DNA of 42,515 nt from Nitrospirota bacterium (GTDB lineage Bacteria > Nitrospirota > UBA9217): contig CAVVOB010000017.1 in NCBI GenBank assembly GCA_963749655.1, positions 1 to 42,515 on the forward strand, given 5' to 3'. Of this stretch, positions 1 through 11,767 are shown piece after piece. Every line of letters starts with the position of its first letter. The stretch's first letter is position 1. The position numbers and the translations under genes are program-made. The notes beneath the pieces were generated by a model that saw nothing but the letters and a program-made list of their open reading frames with translations, did no database searches and was not told the DNA's origin.

Positions 1-43
1 CGGAAAATGATCCGGAAGGTGCCTGCCCGCAGCGCGTCCTGTC

Positions 44-1593
44 CTACTTCGCCGCCGGCACCAGCGCCACGGAAAACAGGCGGTGCTCGCGATTATCGAT
101 CAGTCGGCTGTACTTCGTAACGATGGCGAGTGACTTTTTGTTCTTCGACAGCCTGATCGTGCTCAGCGAGTTCTTGAAGCCTTCCTTCCGGGTATAGATG
201 ATCGTCGGCGCGCTGCCCGGCCTTGTCAGGACCAGTTCGATCGACTCATCCTGGCTGCTCGGCAGTGGGACCGCGTTCAGCCGGACCTCGAACTTGCCGA
301 TACCGTCAATGGAAACGTTGTTTTCATGGCAGTGCCGGATTTGTACATTTCCACTCCCTGATCACTGCCTAGCTTCAACTCCGCCAGACGCCCGCGCAGG
401 TTCTCCATGAGCTTCGTTGAAACTGCCTTCACGTCTCCGTCGCTGCCGATGGCGGACTCGAACAGAAGCTCCTTGTTGCCCTCAAGGGCCAGCACGCGCA
501 TCTCCGCAAAGGTGTCCTTGCTGTCGGCCTTGACGCTGCTCAGCAGGTAGCCGAAGGCACTTTCGTCTTCGCTGAATCCGACGATCTCGATGTCCGGTTT
601 GTGCCCGGCTTGACAGGCGCATACGTGGGACGGTCCCAGGTCAGCAAGGTGGATCTTGTCGCTCTCGGGTTCGATGTAGGCAAGGCTGTTCCCGTCAGGA
701 TGCAGACTCATCGCGCTGAGCCAGGTGATGCCGGGAAGTTTCAGAGAGGAAAGCAGTTTGCCTTCCTGCGTCCAGAGGCTCACGATCTTCTCGACGCCCT
801 CCCCGATGTTGGCAGTGAGCAGCGCGCCGTCCTTGCCGAAGGATATCAGGCTCTGGTCCTTCAGCGTGGCAACGGGCTTTCCCTCGCGGGTCCAGAGCTT
901 CGTCAGTTCGCGATCTCCGGTTGCGAGGAGCATTACCGTCAGGGCTGAACGCCACCAGATGGACCCAGTCATTGTGCCCCTTGATCGTGTCGCAGGAGCT
1001 TGCCGTCCATGCTCCAGAGCTTGACTGTTTTGTCCTGGGATGCCGTGGCAATGGTCGTGCTGTCCGGGCTGACCGAAACGCCGTTCACTTCGTCGGTATG
1101 TCCGGTCAGGGTCTTGAGCAGTTTGCCGTCGATGCTCCAGATCTTCGCGGTTCCGTCCCGCGACGCGGTCACAAGATACTTTCCGTCCGCGCTGAACGCC
1201 AGGCCCATGACCGCCCAGGTATGGCCCCGGAGCGTTCGCAGGAACCTGCCGTCCCGGCTCCAGATTCGGACGCCGTCCTCATGCGTTCCGAACGCGATGT
1301 GTTTTCCGTCGGGGCTGAAGGTGATGGCATAGAGCGGCCGAGCAGGACTTGGCCGGATCCTTGTCCGTGGAAGGCTCGAACGTCCGGATGAGACGGCCGC
1401 TTCGGTCCCAGATTTGAAGCGTGCATTCGGAGCTGTCGGGCAGGTCCGTGGCAAAGATGTCGCCCTCCGGACTGAAGGCCAATTCGTGCACATTGCGCTC
1501 CGACTCGATCACGACTTCGCCCGCGAAAAGGGGCAGGGCGCAGCACAGCATGACAAGGATGATACCGCACTTCGAAATAGTAATTGTTCTCAT
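44..1593 (-). CDS. Secreted WD40 beta-propeller protein with C-terminal DUF2259-like domain (several frameshifts; sequencing error or pseudogene)
   Basis: ATG 1593 with AGGAG RBS and signal peptide (LVMLCCALPLFA). WD40 repeats (GHTWAVMGLAFSADG...IWSIDG) continue across ORFs 1279..1593, 969..1493, 695..1051 and 277..972. A manually read tail ...LAIVTKYSRLIDNREHRLFSVALVPAAK ends at TAG 46-44. Confidence 0.85.
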
Positions 1594-1677
1594 GGTCTCC
1601 TCCTAAAAGAAATAGTGCCGGCAATCTCCGCCTGAAGCGATTAAGTCAGGAAAGGAAAACGAGAAGAGAGTGATGCG

Positions 1678-1706
1678 ATTTTATCCCAGGCGGAGACGGC
1701 AGTCAA
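1678..1706 (-). promoter_or_regulatory. sigma70-type promoter TTGACT-N17-TAAAAT for the first WD40 gene
   Basis: Minus strand reads ttgact gccgtctccgcctggga taaaat. A near-identical copy lies at 9842-9870 upstream of the paralog. Confidence 0.75.
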
Positions 1707-2098
1707 TCAGGAGAATAAATATAGTTGAAAGTAACGAGGTCATATATTGCGCAACAACATGTACCTGCTGTACGATCTTGTGATGGGGCTGATCTCCCCT
1801 ATCAAGAAACATCAGGACACTCCTGAAATACCCAAAGTCATCGGTATGTGAACAGGCCGTCTTTCGACAAGCTATTCCCGAATGATGTTATTCCGGACAA
1901 AAGAATCGATACAAGAAGATCATTGATACCGTACAAAAAAGCGGATATACTCAGCAGCAAATAGCTTATCAAAAGGTGTAACACCACTCATCGCCCGCCC
2001 GGCGCTTGCCCTGTCCGGCCGCACGAGAGTAGGTATTCCCCAACATTTGTGCTCAACCTTTTTTAATATCGGTAACACAAGTTCCGGAGGGACATCCC

Positions 2099-3514
2099 AT
2101 GCGAACCGAGATCATTGCCAACTGCCTGATTGCGCTGCTGCTCCTGTCGGGACCGCAGGTTTCCTCTGCCGCGGACCTGAAAGAGACAGGCGGGAAGCTC
2201 TGGCGGATCGTCTCCGGCAAGAACGCCAGGGACCAGAAGGACGTAAAGGACCTGCTCGAAAAATGGCTGACCGCCCAGAACAGCGGGAACTTCGGCGTTT
2301 ACGAGTCCTGCTATGCGTCTCGCTTCCAGGGCGTGCGCAGGACCGGGAACTTCACGCTGCGCCTCGACCGGGCCGGCTGGATGAAGGACCGGGGCCGCAT
2401 GTTCAAGAAGCCCATGACCGTGCAGATGGACAAGGTCGAGATCGTGCTCACCCCGCCCAGCGCGGTGGTCCGCTTCGAGCAGACCTGGGCTTCAGGCAAG
2501 TACAAGGACGTGGGGCCCAAGGAGATGGTCGTGGCGCAGGAAAGCGGCGCCTGGAAGATCTCCCGGGAGGAGCTGCTGCAGTCGAACGTGGTGTCCGGGA
2601 GGAAAGGGAAGGACTACGGCGCTGCCGAGGGGGAGCGGTTCTTCTTTGCACGGGAGCTGGGCTCAACGCTGCACGTGATCCTTGATCCGTCCCAGGCCTC
2701 CGCAAACGGCGGGAGCGCTGTCCTCGAAGGGGAGGAATATGTCTACCCGATCAGCGGTTCCGACAGCGGGAAATGGATGAAGAAGAGGTTTCGCTTTTTT
2801 GACAAGGACGGCAATACGTGCGAAGGCACGGTAAGCCGCGTGGAGCAGGTGAGCCAGGCAACGCCGCATTTCGGCACAGCGGATAAATGGTGGACCGGCG
2901 GCATGAGCACGGAGGAAGTGGCGCAGGAAAAATGGGACCTCGGCCGCAAGATGCTTGCGGGACATGTAGCGGACCATGACTGCGGCAAAACGACGGTCCT
3001 CTGGGGCCAGCCGATGAACCTCAAAGGCGCTGCCGCGGCCGCGCTTTTGCCGGCAGAGGATGTGGATGAGCGGGCGCTGCAGCTGTTCCGGGGCCTGCCT
3101 TCCTACGCCGCGGTCCAGAAACGATATGAGCAGGAGACCGGGTCGCAGGAACGCTGGGATGCATCAACGGATGAGAAACCGGTTGTTGAGATGTTTTCGC
3201 CGCCGGCCAATCCGAAGCTCAGGGTCGTGTCGGTCTTTATGACGCGGGGCATGGGATGCGGCGGGGATTTCACCGGACAGCTCTGGCAGCTGTGGAGGAT
3301 GGAGGCCGATGGGAAATGGTCCGAGGTCGCGTTCGAGTCCGCTGATCACGCGTTCTCCCTTACTCCATCGGTTGCCGTCGACAGCGGCGGGAACGGCGGC
3401 CTGGAGTGGATGGCGCGTGACGGCATGAGCAAGACGCACTTCCTGCGGCTGGACGGGGAGTTCCTCGTCCCGGAAAAGACCCTGGAGATACCGTTCTACG
3501 ACTGCCCGTGCTGA
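2099..3514 (+). CDS. Secreted protein with N-terminal NTF2/SnoaL-like domain
   Basis: GGAGG RBS and signal peptide. The segment VKDLLEKWLTAQNSGNFGVYESCYASRF...VVRFEQTWASGKYKDVGPKEMVVAQESGAWKISREE is typical of the NTF2-like fold. Confidence 0.7.
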   Translation: MRTEIIANCLIALLLLSGPQVSSAADLKETGGKLWRIVSGKNARDQKDVKDLLEKWLTAQNSGNFGVYESCYASRFQGVRRTGNFTLRLDRAGWMKDRGRMFKKPMTVQMDKVEIVLTPPSAVVRFEQTWASGKYKDVGPKEMVVAQESGAWKISREELLQSNVVSGRKGKDYGAAEGERFFFARELGSTLHVILDPSQASANGGSAVLEGEEYVYPISGSDSGKWMKKRFRFFDKDGNTCEGTVSRVEQVSQATPHFGTADKWWTGGMSTEEVAQEKWDLGRKMLAGHVADHDCGKTTVLWGQPMNLKGAAAAALLPAEDVDERALQLFRGLPSYAAVQKRYEQETGSQERWDASTDEKPVVEMFSPPANPKLRVVSVFMTRGMGCGGDFTGQLWQLWRMEADGKWSEVAFESADHAFSLTPSVAVDSGGNGGLEWMARDGMSKTHFLRLDGEFLVPEKTLEIPFYDCPC

Positions 3515-3712
3515 AGCTGACAAACATACGCACTAGCGCCCCAGAAGAGGGCACAGAGACGGTTCAGGAATAAGCAATGTCTCGAGTTTTTCTCAGTATT
3601 CTCTGAGAACTCTGTGGCAAAGCAGTTCAATGTATCGGCCTCACCGCGATAGCGGTCTGCATAATAGACGTTCTGCTGCGAAGCGGTACATCGTTCGGTT
3701 GTTGTACCCGTC

Positions 3713-4432
3713 TCACTTGGGCGCCTTGAGCCCATCGTCCCCGCAGGTTCCACTCGTCTTTTCGCGGGAGAACGACATATTGAGTCTGGCGCCAACGCCG
3801 CAGTACGCAGGCCGGCAGTTCTCGTCGACATCGTCTACGGAAATTGTCTTCCCGTCGATGGTGAAGCGAAGGAGGCAGTTGACAGGCGCGTCGGTGTTCA
3901 CCTGCGCGGTCCTGCGAAATTCGAGGTTTGCGCCATTGGCCAGGGCCACGCCTTCCAGGGAGCAGGAGCGGAAATCATAGCTTTCGACATAGAGCGAAAA
4001 ACGGACACGGTTTCCCTTGTCCGGCATGATCGTCAGGCAGTGTGTGATATCGTGGACCGATCCTCCTCCTTCGACGGAATGTTGTCGTGCATAGGTGCCG
4101 TAGAGTTCAGCATCGAAGGTCACTGCCTCCTGCCCCTGGTCGAGCGCGGCGATGCGATTTTTGTATGCCGGTACGAGGCAGGCCTTGTCAATGTCGCAGG
4201 GACGGAGCGTATTTTTCAACCATTCTTTTTGACCGTTTTTCAGCGCATCGCGGTCGGTAGCGTTGCCAAGCGCTTTTTTGTACGCTTTACCAAGGGCGTC
4301 ATCGAGAGCATTCAACTCCTTGTCGGAGCAGATGAGTTTTTCAAGCTTGGTCGAAGCCTTGGCGCAGTCGAAGCTTGCAGCCCATGACTGCAAAGGAACC
4401 AGAAGCACCAGAATGATCCAGAGCATCCGCAT
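3713..4432 (-). CDS. Secreted LprI (DUF1311) lysozyme-inhibitor-family protein
   Basis: Signal peptide followed by ASFDCAKASTKLEKLICSDKELNALD...QKEWL...CL...Y.NRIAAL. Confidence 0.85.
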   Translation of the reverse strand: MRMLWIILVLLVPLQSWAASFDCAKASTKLEKLICSDKELNALDDALGKAYKKALGNATDRDALKNGQKEWLKNTLRPCDIDKACLVPAYKNRIAALDQGQEAVTFDAELYGTYARQHSVEGGGSVHDITHCLTIMPDKGNRVRFSLYVESYDFRSCSLEGVALANGANLEFRRTAQVNTDAPVNCLLRFTIDGKTISVDDVDENCRPAYCGVGARLNMSFSREKTSGTCGDDGLKAPK

Positions 4433-4520
4433 AGTATCACCTCCGATGATGATCTTTACCGCAACTGCCCGCGCTAAGCCTGATGAGCATCACGGTACAA
4501 TTTAATCGTTCAGCAGATCG

Positions 4521-5619
4521 TCAACGTCCTGCACCGGTCTGCAGCATGTTCACAATATCCATGGCGCTGAACTCGCGCGCCGTGTCCAGTGCGGATTTCC
4601 CGCCGGCGCTCCTGCTGTTCCGGTCAGCGCCGGCATCGATCAGCAGCTTTGCCATCGCGACGTTGTTCCTCGTTGCAGCCAGGTGAAGCGGGGTGAAACC
4701 GTCCCTGTCCTTCGCGTTCTTGTCCGCTCCTTTTGCCATCAGCAATTTCGCTGTTTCGACATGGTTGAAGTACGCCGCGCGATGAAGCGGCGTCCGATCC
4801 TCTTCCCCGGCATTCCGGAAATTGATGTCAGCTCCTTTTTCAATAAGGACCCGGGCCGATCCGGGGTCCGGCATAGCCGCAGCCTGGTAGAGCGGCGAAG
4901 CGCCCCGGCTGTTCAGGGCGTTGATGTCAGCGCCCTTGTCCAGCAGCAGTTTGACGACCTCCGTTGAGCCGCTTTCTACTGCAGCAAAGAGCATTGGGTC
5001 GCCTTCCGGGGTTTTCATGTTGACATCGACGCTCTTGCCCACCATCGCCGCTACCTGCCCGGCATCGCCCTTGCGCACAGCATCTATGAAGTTTCCGGCA
5101 GACACGTGGAAATAGCCGTAGAGCAAAGTATGAAGCGCCAATTGCAGCAGCCAGCGTTCCGATGATCGCCAGTGCCCTGTTTGCCATGGCCGTTGGCTTG
5201 TCCTGTGTCCGCACCGGCGTTGTTCCCCTATCCGCTTTTTTCGGAAAAGCTGCATCGAGCCACACTTCGAAAATGCCATAGACAGCGAACAGGAAGGCCA
5301 GGGGCATATACACGTCAAAAGGTCGGGCGGTCTTTGAACGGAAGAGATACGTCGATCTGCCTGCGTAGGAAAGCGGCAGGAACGCCAGTTCGCCGAGGAT
5401 CACGAGGACAATACCGGTCTTCCATCTGCCTGATATGATGAGCAGCTCGCCGAGGACCGTGGCGAGAACCGACAGCCAGAGGATGACGAGGTTGCTGCTG
5501 AAATAGTCCGACCTGGTCGCATGGTATATGCCGAAGATCAGGACCAGGGCATTGATGATGATGCTGCCGGCGATCAAAATCAAACCTCTGGTGCGTTCGC
5601 GGGTGCTATTCACGTGCAT
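4521..5619 (-). CDS. Membrane protein with C-terminal ankyrin repeats (one frameshift near 5115)
   Basis: ATG 5619 with GGAGG RBS. About 5 TM segments in ORF 4927..5703 join ankyrin repeats (TPLHRAA, GFTPLHLAA, GADINA) in ORF 4521..5318. Confidence 0.8.
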
Positions 5620-5838
5620 TCCTCCTGTGGGATTGTCTGTTCGGCTGCCTACTGACAGGCCTTGCGCCCCATGGTCGGAGTTTGATGACAGCGATACTGA
5701 CAATGATCATGATGTTCATGACAGGTTCTCCTTTCATGATTGTCTGCATAAGAGAGCGCAGTGAATGATTGCCGTATGACTACGGCAGTGACTCGTTCCT
5801 CCTTGCGCAGTCATGCATGACATCACTGTTTAGCGGGA

Positions 5839-6612
5839 TCAGGATGTCTTGCCTCCCTTTTTGATCAACAGATCCAGGAGCTCCTGGGAGCCGCCTTTTT
5901 CAGCCTCTGTCTGCAGCGGAGTTTTGCCGCTGTCGTCCTTACTGTTTATCTGCGCTCCCTTGTCCAGCAGCAGCCTGGCAATCTCGACGAAGCCGTTTGC
6001 AGCTGCAAGGTGCAGCGGCGTGGAACCGTATTTGTCCCTGGCGTTTACGCTCGCGCCCTTTGTGATCAGGAACGATGCGGTATCGATCTGCTTGCCGCCA
6101 TCCACCCATCCGAGAGCGGCCCAGTGCAGCGGGGTGCGCCCCTTACTGTCCCGGGCGTTCACATCGGCGCCTTTCTCGATCAGCAGCCGTGCCGCCTCCG
6201 TGTGTCCCAGCACGACCGCATCATGGAGCGGCGCGAACCCGTTGCCGGTCTTGCTCGTGATATTGACCTGTACGCCCCGCGCGAGCAGCAGCTTGAGCGA
6301 TTCAAGGTCCCTGCCTCTGACAGATGAGAAAAGAGGCGTTTCTCCCCCCTGGTCCACGGCATTGATATCGGCGCCTTTTTCCAGGAGCAGAGCGGTGATT
6401 TCTGGAGAGGTATTATAAACCGCGGAATGCAGCAGCGTGCCTCCACCGGATGAACGGGCGTTGACATTCCCGCCCCGCTCCACCAATTTCCTGACCTCGG
6501 CCGCATCCTTGGCCTCCACGGCAGCGAACAGGTCCTTATCAGTGACACTGCATCCGGAGGCCAGGAACAACAGACAACCGCTCACGAGAGTAACGACTAT
6601 ACAATTTCTCAT
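5839..6612 (-). CDS. Ankyrin-repeat lipoprotein
   Basis: Lipobox LASG-C and about 6-7 ankyrin repeats (GxTPLHxAA, GADVNARD). Confidence 0.92.
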   Translation of the reverse strand: MRNCIVVTLVSGCLLFLASGCSVTDKDLFAAVEAKDAAEVRKLVERGGNVNARSSGGGTLLHSAVYNTSPEITALLLEKGADINAVDQGGETPLFSSVRGRDLESLKLLLARGVQVNITSKTGNGFAPLHDAVVLGHTEAARLLIEKGADVNARDSKGRTPLHWAALGWVDGGKQIDTASFLITKGASVNARDKYGSTPLHLAAANGFVEIARLLLDKGAQINSKDDSGKTPLQTEAEKGGSQELLDLLIKKGGKTS

Positions 6613-6684
6613 TCTATTTTTCTCCTTATAACGATTGCCGGCGTACCTTCCGGCTCCATCTTCCTTGGGCTTCTTTTCCAGGAC

Positions 6685-9600
6685 CTATTTGCACGCCGCG
6701 CCGTCCCAGGACCAGAGCCGCACGGTCGTGTCCTCGGACGCGGACGCGATCAGTTTCCGTCCGGGCTGAAAGCAACGCTGTTCACCCGGTTCTCATGGCC
6801 CTTCAGTGTTTTGAGGGGCTTGCCGTTCCTGTCCCAGACCTTGATGGTCTCGTCATAGGACGCGGAAGCGATCGCGCTTCCGTCGGGGCTCACGGCCAGG
6901 GCGTTGATCCCGGTGTCATGGGCCGGGAAGCTCTTGATCTGCTTGCCGTCCCGGTTCCAGAACTTGATGATCCCCTCGGAATCCGCAGATAGGAGCGCCG
7001 AGCTGTCAGGCAAAAATGCGACGGCCATCACGAAGGCCTTGTGCCCTTTCAAATCGGCCAGGTGTTTGCCTTCCCGGTCCCAGAGTTTGACGGTCTTGTC
7101 CCAGGACCCGGTGGCGAACAGCGAACCGTCAGGACTGGCCGCACCGGCGCGGACCATGTCCCGGTGAAACGGCGTCAACACCCGGCTCGTCCAGTTGCGG
7201 GAATTGTGCCAATCATCCTTCATCGCTTTGCTGATGTCAAAAAGGTACGCCGATTTGTCGTCGGAGCCGACCAGGACGGTTCCATTGTCCAGGCTGAAGG
7301 CGAGCGGCAGGGCGCGCTGCGAAGGGCCGGAGAGCGTGGCTTTGAGGCTGCCGTTCTTCAGGACGAGGACCGTTTTCCGCTCATTGAAGCCTGCCGCGAT
7401 CAGCGTGCCGTCGGGACTGACCTTGATGCCGGTCACATAGTCATCCTGCACCAGCGTCTTCTCGAGCGGTTTGCCGTCCGGGGACCAGAACCGGATGGAT
7501 TTGTCTCCTGACGAAGAGATGATCCTGCTCCCGTCAGGGCTGAAGGCCACACCGGTCACGCTCCAGCTATGGCCGTCGAGCGTATGCATGAGCTTTCCTG
7601 TTGACGCGCATCCGGTGGATGCGGCATCCTGCGCGAGCAGGTCCGGAAGGGACCTGATCGTGACGGTCTTGTTATCGGAACCGGACGCGATAAGGGCGCC
7701 GTCCGGGCTGAACGCAACGCTCGTCCTGCCGGTGAAGGAGGTGAGGAACCTGCCGTCCATGTCCCATAGTTTGACGGCCGGGCCGTTGCCGGCTGGATGC
7801 GATCATCTTCCCGTCAGGGCTGATGGCGACGCTTCTCACTTCCTGGCCTTTCCGGCCGATGGTTTTGATCAGCTTTCCATCAGGACTCCAGAGCCGTATC
7901 TGCCCATCCTCGGAACCGGACACCAGCAGACCTCCGTCCGGGCGGTACGCCACGGTCCATTCCCTGCCCTTGGCGTTGGACAGCGAGGTCAGCAATTTGC
8001 CGTCCATGGTCCAGAGCCGGACCGTCTTGTCCCATGACGAGGAAGCGAAGGTCTTTCCGTCCGGGCTGACTGCGATGCCCGACACCCCGTCCCGGTGTCC
8101 GGTCAGCGTCTGCAGGAGCTTGCCGTCCCGGCTCCAGAGCTTGATGGATTTATCGTCGTACCCGCCCCCCGTAATGATCCGGGCGCCGTCGGGACTGAAC
8201 GCGATCGATTCGGTCCCCTTGTTATGGCCGATCAGCGTATTGAGCAGCTTGCCGTCAATGGTCCAGAACCGGATCGTACCGTCCCAGGACGTGGACGCGA
8301 GCTGCTTGCCGTCCGGGCTGAAGGCAATGCTCGTGATCCGGCTTTTGTGCCCCGTGAGCGTGGCCAGCAGCTTTCCATCCCGCCCCAGAAGCCGTATGGA
8401 ATTGTCCTCGAAGTCGTACCCCACGGCAAGGATGCTGCTGTCGGGAGAGAACGCGATGCAGATAGGTTCGCTGTTCGCCTTGAACGATCGGGCTGCCTCG
8501 CCCGCGTTCTTGGCGGCATTGATCTTGTCCGGCCGGCCGAAGGCAACGGAATACTCCCGGTTCTCGCCGGACTCTAACATGCGGCTGTATTTTGTGACCA
8601 CGGCGAGCACTGATCCGTCCTTTGACAAGCGCACTGAGTTCAGGGAGCGGTTGTACCCGTTCGAATGGGTGATGAGCGACGTCGTCTTCTTGTCCGGCCC
8701 CGTGAGCTGCACGTCCACGTCATCGCCCTCGGTGCCGGAACCGGCCGTTGTCTTAAGAGACACTTCATACGCGCCCCGCTTCCCGAGGGAGAAGGTCGTT
8801 TTCGTTGCAGTGCCGGACTTGTAGAGCTCCGTGCCGGGGTCCCTGCCGAGGTTCCGGGCCGCGACTTCCTTGGCCATGCGCGCTTTCAGCCGGTCGAGGA
8901 CATTGACACCGCTGAATTCGTACTCGCTTACCACCGGTTGCCCGGTTTCGGTGGACAGGATCGTCAGTCTGGCCTGCGACTGTCCGGTCCTCTTATGTAC
9001 GCCGCTGAGCCAGTATCCGAAGAGCGAACCGTCGTCGCTGAAGCCGATCACCTCGATCGCGTACTTGATGCCTTCGGCCGGGATTGCGCGGAGCGGCGTG
9101 GAGATCACGCCCGGGGACGAGCCCGGTCCTTCAAAGTCGGGATGGCTCGTCCGGGTGAACAGGACGAGGTTGTTCTTCACGATCCGCGCTTCTGTGATCT
9201 TCACGCTGAAGTTCGTGCTGTCTTCGTCAAGCAGCATGCGCTCGGTCTCGCCGCCGCAAGCGAGCCCGATGTTCCACTTCACCATCGTTCCGCCCCAGGG
9301 GTTGTCGCCCTCGTAGGGGGCCTCGTGGAGAGCGACCACGCAGGTCTTCCCCTTGTGCGTGAACTCCCGCTGTGTAGCGCGTGCTGCGTCTCCAGGACCG
9401 CTTTCCAGGGCTATGCCGAGGTCCTCGCCCTGGACCTTGCCGCTGATGCCGTAATTGCGGAGGTCGGAACGCGTCGCCTCCCGGGCGGTCTCGCAGCTGA
9501 CCCCGCCCTCCCTCATATCGTGCGGGCTTGCGGGGAGCATCCGGTTCTGTTCGAGGTCGTAGATGTCCACGGAGCAGACGACTTCGCCGAGGCCGTCGAC

Positions 9601-9777
9601 GACTCCGCCGACCTCGAGCGCGGCGTACCTGCCGTCCGCGGAGAATCCGATGAACGAATAATCCATATTCGTTCCGGCAAAGGCCGGCGCAGCAAAGAAC
9701 AAAGCGAAGACCAGCGATCCTGTCAGGATGAAACGGAGAGCCTGGCGGGGCAGAGAGAAGGGTGACCGTGCATGCAT
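6685..9777 (-). CDS. Secreted DUF2259-like domain(s) plus double WD40 beta-propeller protein (frameshifts near 7785 and 6752)
   Basis: ATG 9777 with AGGAGG RBS and signal peptide. N-terminus FIGFSADGRYAALEVGGVVDG is DUF2259-like. About 14 WD40 repeats across ORFs 7672..9870 and 6750..7760; the tail LIASASEDTTVRLWSWDGAACK ends at TAG 6687-6685. Confidence 0.88.
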
Positions 9778-9841
9778 GGAGCACCTCCTGGAGCGTTGCC
9801 TGGGAATATGATCGTAAAGGAAGCGAGGTGAGAATGAGGTG

Positions 9842-9870
9842 ATTGTATCTGAGGCGGAGACGGCAGTCAA
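9842..9870 (-). promoter_or_regulatory. sigma70-type promoter TTGACT-N17-TACAAT for the second WD40 gene
   Basis: Minus strand reads ttgact gccgtctccgcctcaga tacaat; duplicate of 1678-1706. Confidence 0.75.
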
Positions 9871-10065
9871 TCAGGAGTACAAAAAATATTTGGCATGCCG
9901 AGTTATTATTTTTTGCAACAATTTGAGCCTTGATCGGAGAAACAAAAAAATTTGCAGCAACGATTGCAGATTGCCTTCTTATTCATTATACTGCTCCAAA
10001 GTGCGGTTCGCCGCAACGGATCGATCAATGCGTGGCAAAATACCGTTAGCAAAAGGAGACCTATC

Positions 10066-10623
10066 ATGCCGATTATTTGCAAGACTCGAAAGGGAATTTT
10101 CATGCTGGTTGTCTGGAGCTGCGCGATCATGTTGACGGGAATTCCTGCGTCCGCGGGCGCTCCTGACGGACCTGCGCAGCTGTGCAAGCAGGGCGAAACG
10201 GTCCTTTTCGGCTTCCAAATGGAGAAGTCCTCCAAGTTCGTTGCTTTCTGCACGAACAAGAAGGAGGATTATATGGTCTACCGCTTCGGCACAGCGGCGA
10301 AAGTGGAACTGGAATATCCGCAGAACAGGAAGGACACGTGGTCGAAATTCAGCCAGATCCATTTTGGCGAAGAATGCGACCGCAAGGGAAAAGGGTCCTA
10401 TCTTGCGTTCACGATCGGCGATGTGGGATACACCGTTCGTGAGCGGTGTTTTTTTAATGACGAGAGCATCGCGGACAAGAACGCCGCTGACGAGGCCTAT
10501 CAAGTAGACATCGAGGTGAAGAACGCGAAAACCGGCAAAACGACGGTGCTCATGGGCAGGGAAGGAACACGGTCCGGCAGTCTGGAGCTCGTTGACACCA
10601 GGATCCCCTCGCGGGAGTTATGA
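10066..10623 (+). CDS. Secreted hypothetical protein (C...LFG...K.V..C...YRFG...ELEYP type)
   Basis: AGGAG RBS before ATG 10066, signal peptide and paired cysteines. Confidence 0.75.
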   Translation: MPIICKTRKGIFMLVVWSCAIMLTGIPASAGAPDGPAQLCKQGETVLFGFQMEKSSKFVAFCTNKKEDYMVYRFGTAAKVELEYPQNRKDTWSKFSQIHFGEECDRKGKGSYLAFTIGDVGYTVRERCFFNDESIADKNAADEAYQVDIEVKNAKTGKTTVLMGREGTRSGSLELVDTRIPSREL

Positions 10624-10635
10624 CGGGAGAACGAA

Positions 10636-11670
10636 ATGAGAACCATGCTTTTCATCGTTGCGGTGCTCTGGCTCCTGGATCCGCCGGCTCTGCAGGCGGC
10701 GAGCTTTGACTGCGGCAAGGCGGAACACCCCGTTGAAAAGGCCGTTTGCAGGAACGGCGATCTCTCGCGGCAGGACGAGGAGATGGCCTCTCTGTATACG
10801 CAGCTGCTGAAACAGTCTGCCGGTGACGCTAAGTCACGGACCGCAGTGCAGGACTGGCAGCGGAAGTGGGTCCGGTCGCTGCGGGACCAAAAGAGCGGGA
10901 TCACGGATAAGCAGCTTGCGCTTGCCTACGAGTCGCGGATCCAGGCGCTCCGGCAGCGCATATGCATGCTGGAGGTGCAAGGGACCTGGGTGCGGGAGGA
11001 TTTCGCCGCGCTCGTGGACAAGACGCGGGCGCCCCAGGCGGCTGCAGAACGAGCCAACGGCAATCCGCTTTGGGTTCGCATCTTCATCGAACAGGACGGC
11101 CGCTATCTGATGGCGGTCTCGACCGGGCATGAAGGATGGACCCGCCAGATCGGGAGTATTACCGCGGTGCCGACACAGAGCGCCTATCGCCTGCTGATGA
11201 GCCGGCCCGAGATGGTCTACGAACCCCAAAAACCGGCGACCACGATGCTTACCCTGCATAAGCCCCCGGCAGCTGGTCCGATGCGCATGCACATCGACCT
11301 GCTCACCGGCGGGGGAGTGTCGGAATACCGTCATGTCGCCGCTTCATTCAGCGAGTATCTGAACAGATCGGTTCTGTCAGGGGTCTATCGGGATGAACGG
11401 GGACAGGAGTATCGGTTCGACGAGCAGGGGCTGGCTCGGTGGCCCGACCGAACATTCGAGTACCGCATTGTCGAAGACAGTATGGAATCCGGGTGCGAGT
11501 ATTTCAACTACCTTGTGCGCGGCGCTGCGATCCAGGAGGGGCGGTATGGCTATGCATGGAAGGACGGGAAGCTGGAGATTTACGACATTGTAGACGGTGC
11601 GTCTGTGAACGGCCCGCCGATAAGCTGCTCCAGAAAGCCGATAGCGGTCCTGAAGCCGCTCGACAAGTGA
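10636..11670 (+). CDS. Secreted LprI (DUF1311) domain protein with unknown C-terminal domain
   Basis: AASFDCGKAEHPVEKAVCRNGDLSRQDEEM...QRKW...AYESRIQAL after a signal peptide. Confidence 0.82.
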   Translation: MRTMLFIVAVLWLLDPPALQAASFDCGKAEHPVEKAVCRNGDLSRQDEEMASLYTQLLKQSAGDAKSRTAVQDWQRKWVRSLRDQKSGITDKQLALAYESRIQALRQRICMLEVQGTWVREDFAALVDKTRAPQAAAERANGNPLWVRIFIEQDGRYLMAVSTGHEGWTRQIGSITAVPTQSAYRLLMSRPEMVYEPQKPATTMLTLHKPPAAGPMRMHIDLLTGGGVSEYRHVAASFSEYLNRSVLSGVYRDERGQEYRFDEQGLARWPDRTFEYRIVEDSMESGCEYFNYLVRGAAIQEGRYGYAWKDGKLEIYDIVDGASVNGPPISCSRKPIAVLKPLDK

Positions 11671-11767
11671 CCGGGCAGGTTCAAGGCCGCAGAGAACAAC
11701 GGGCACCGGCTCCGTCTGACGAATGTACGGCTTGATTCCCATATCGGGAAAAGGAGGAAATAAACGC

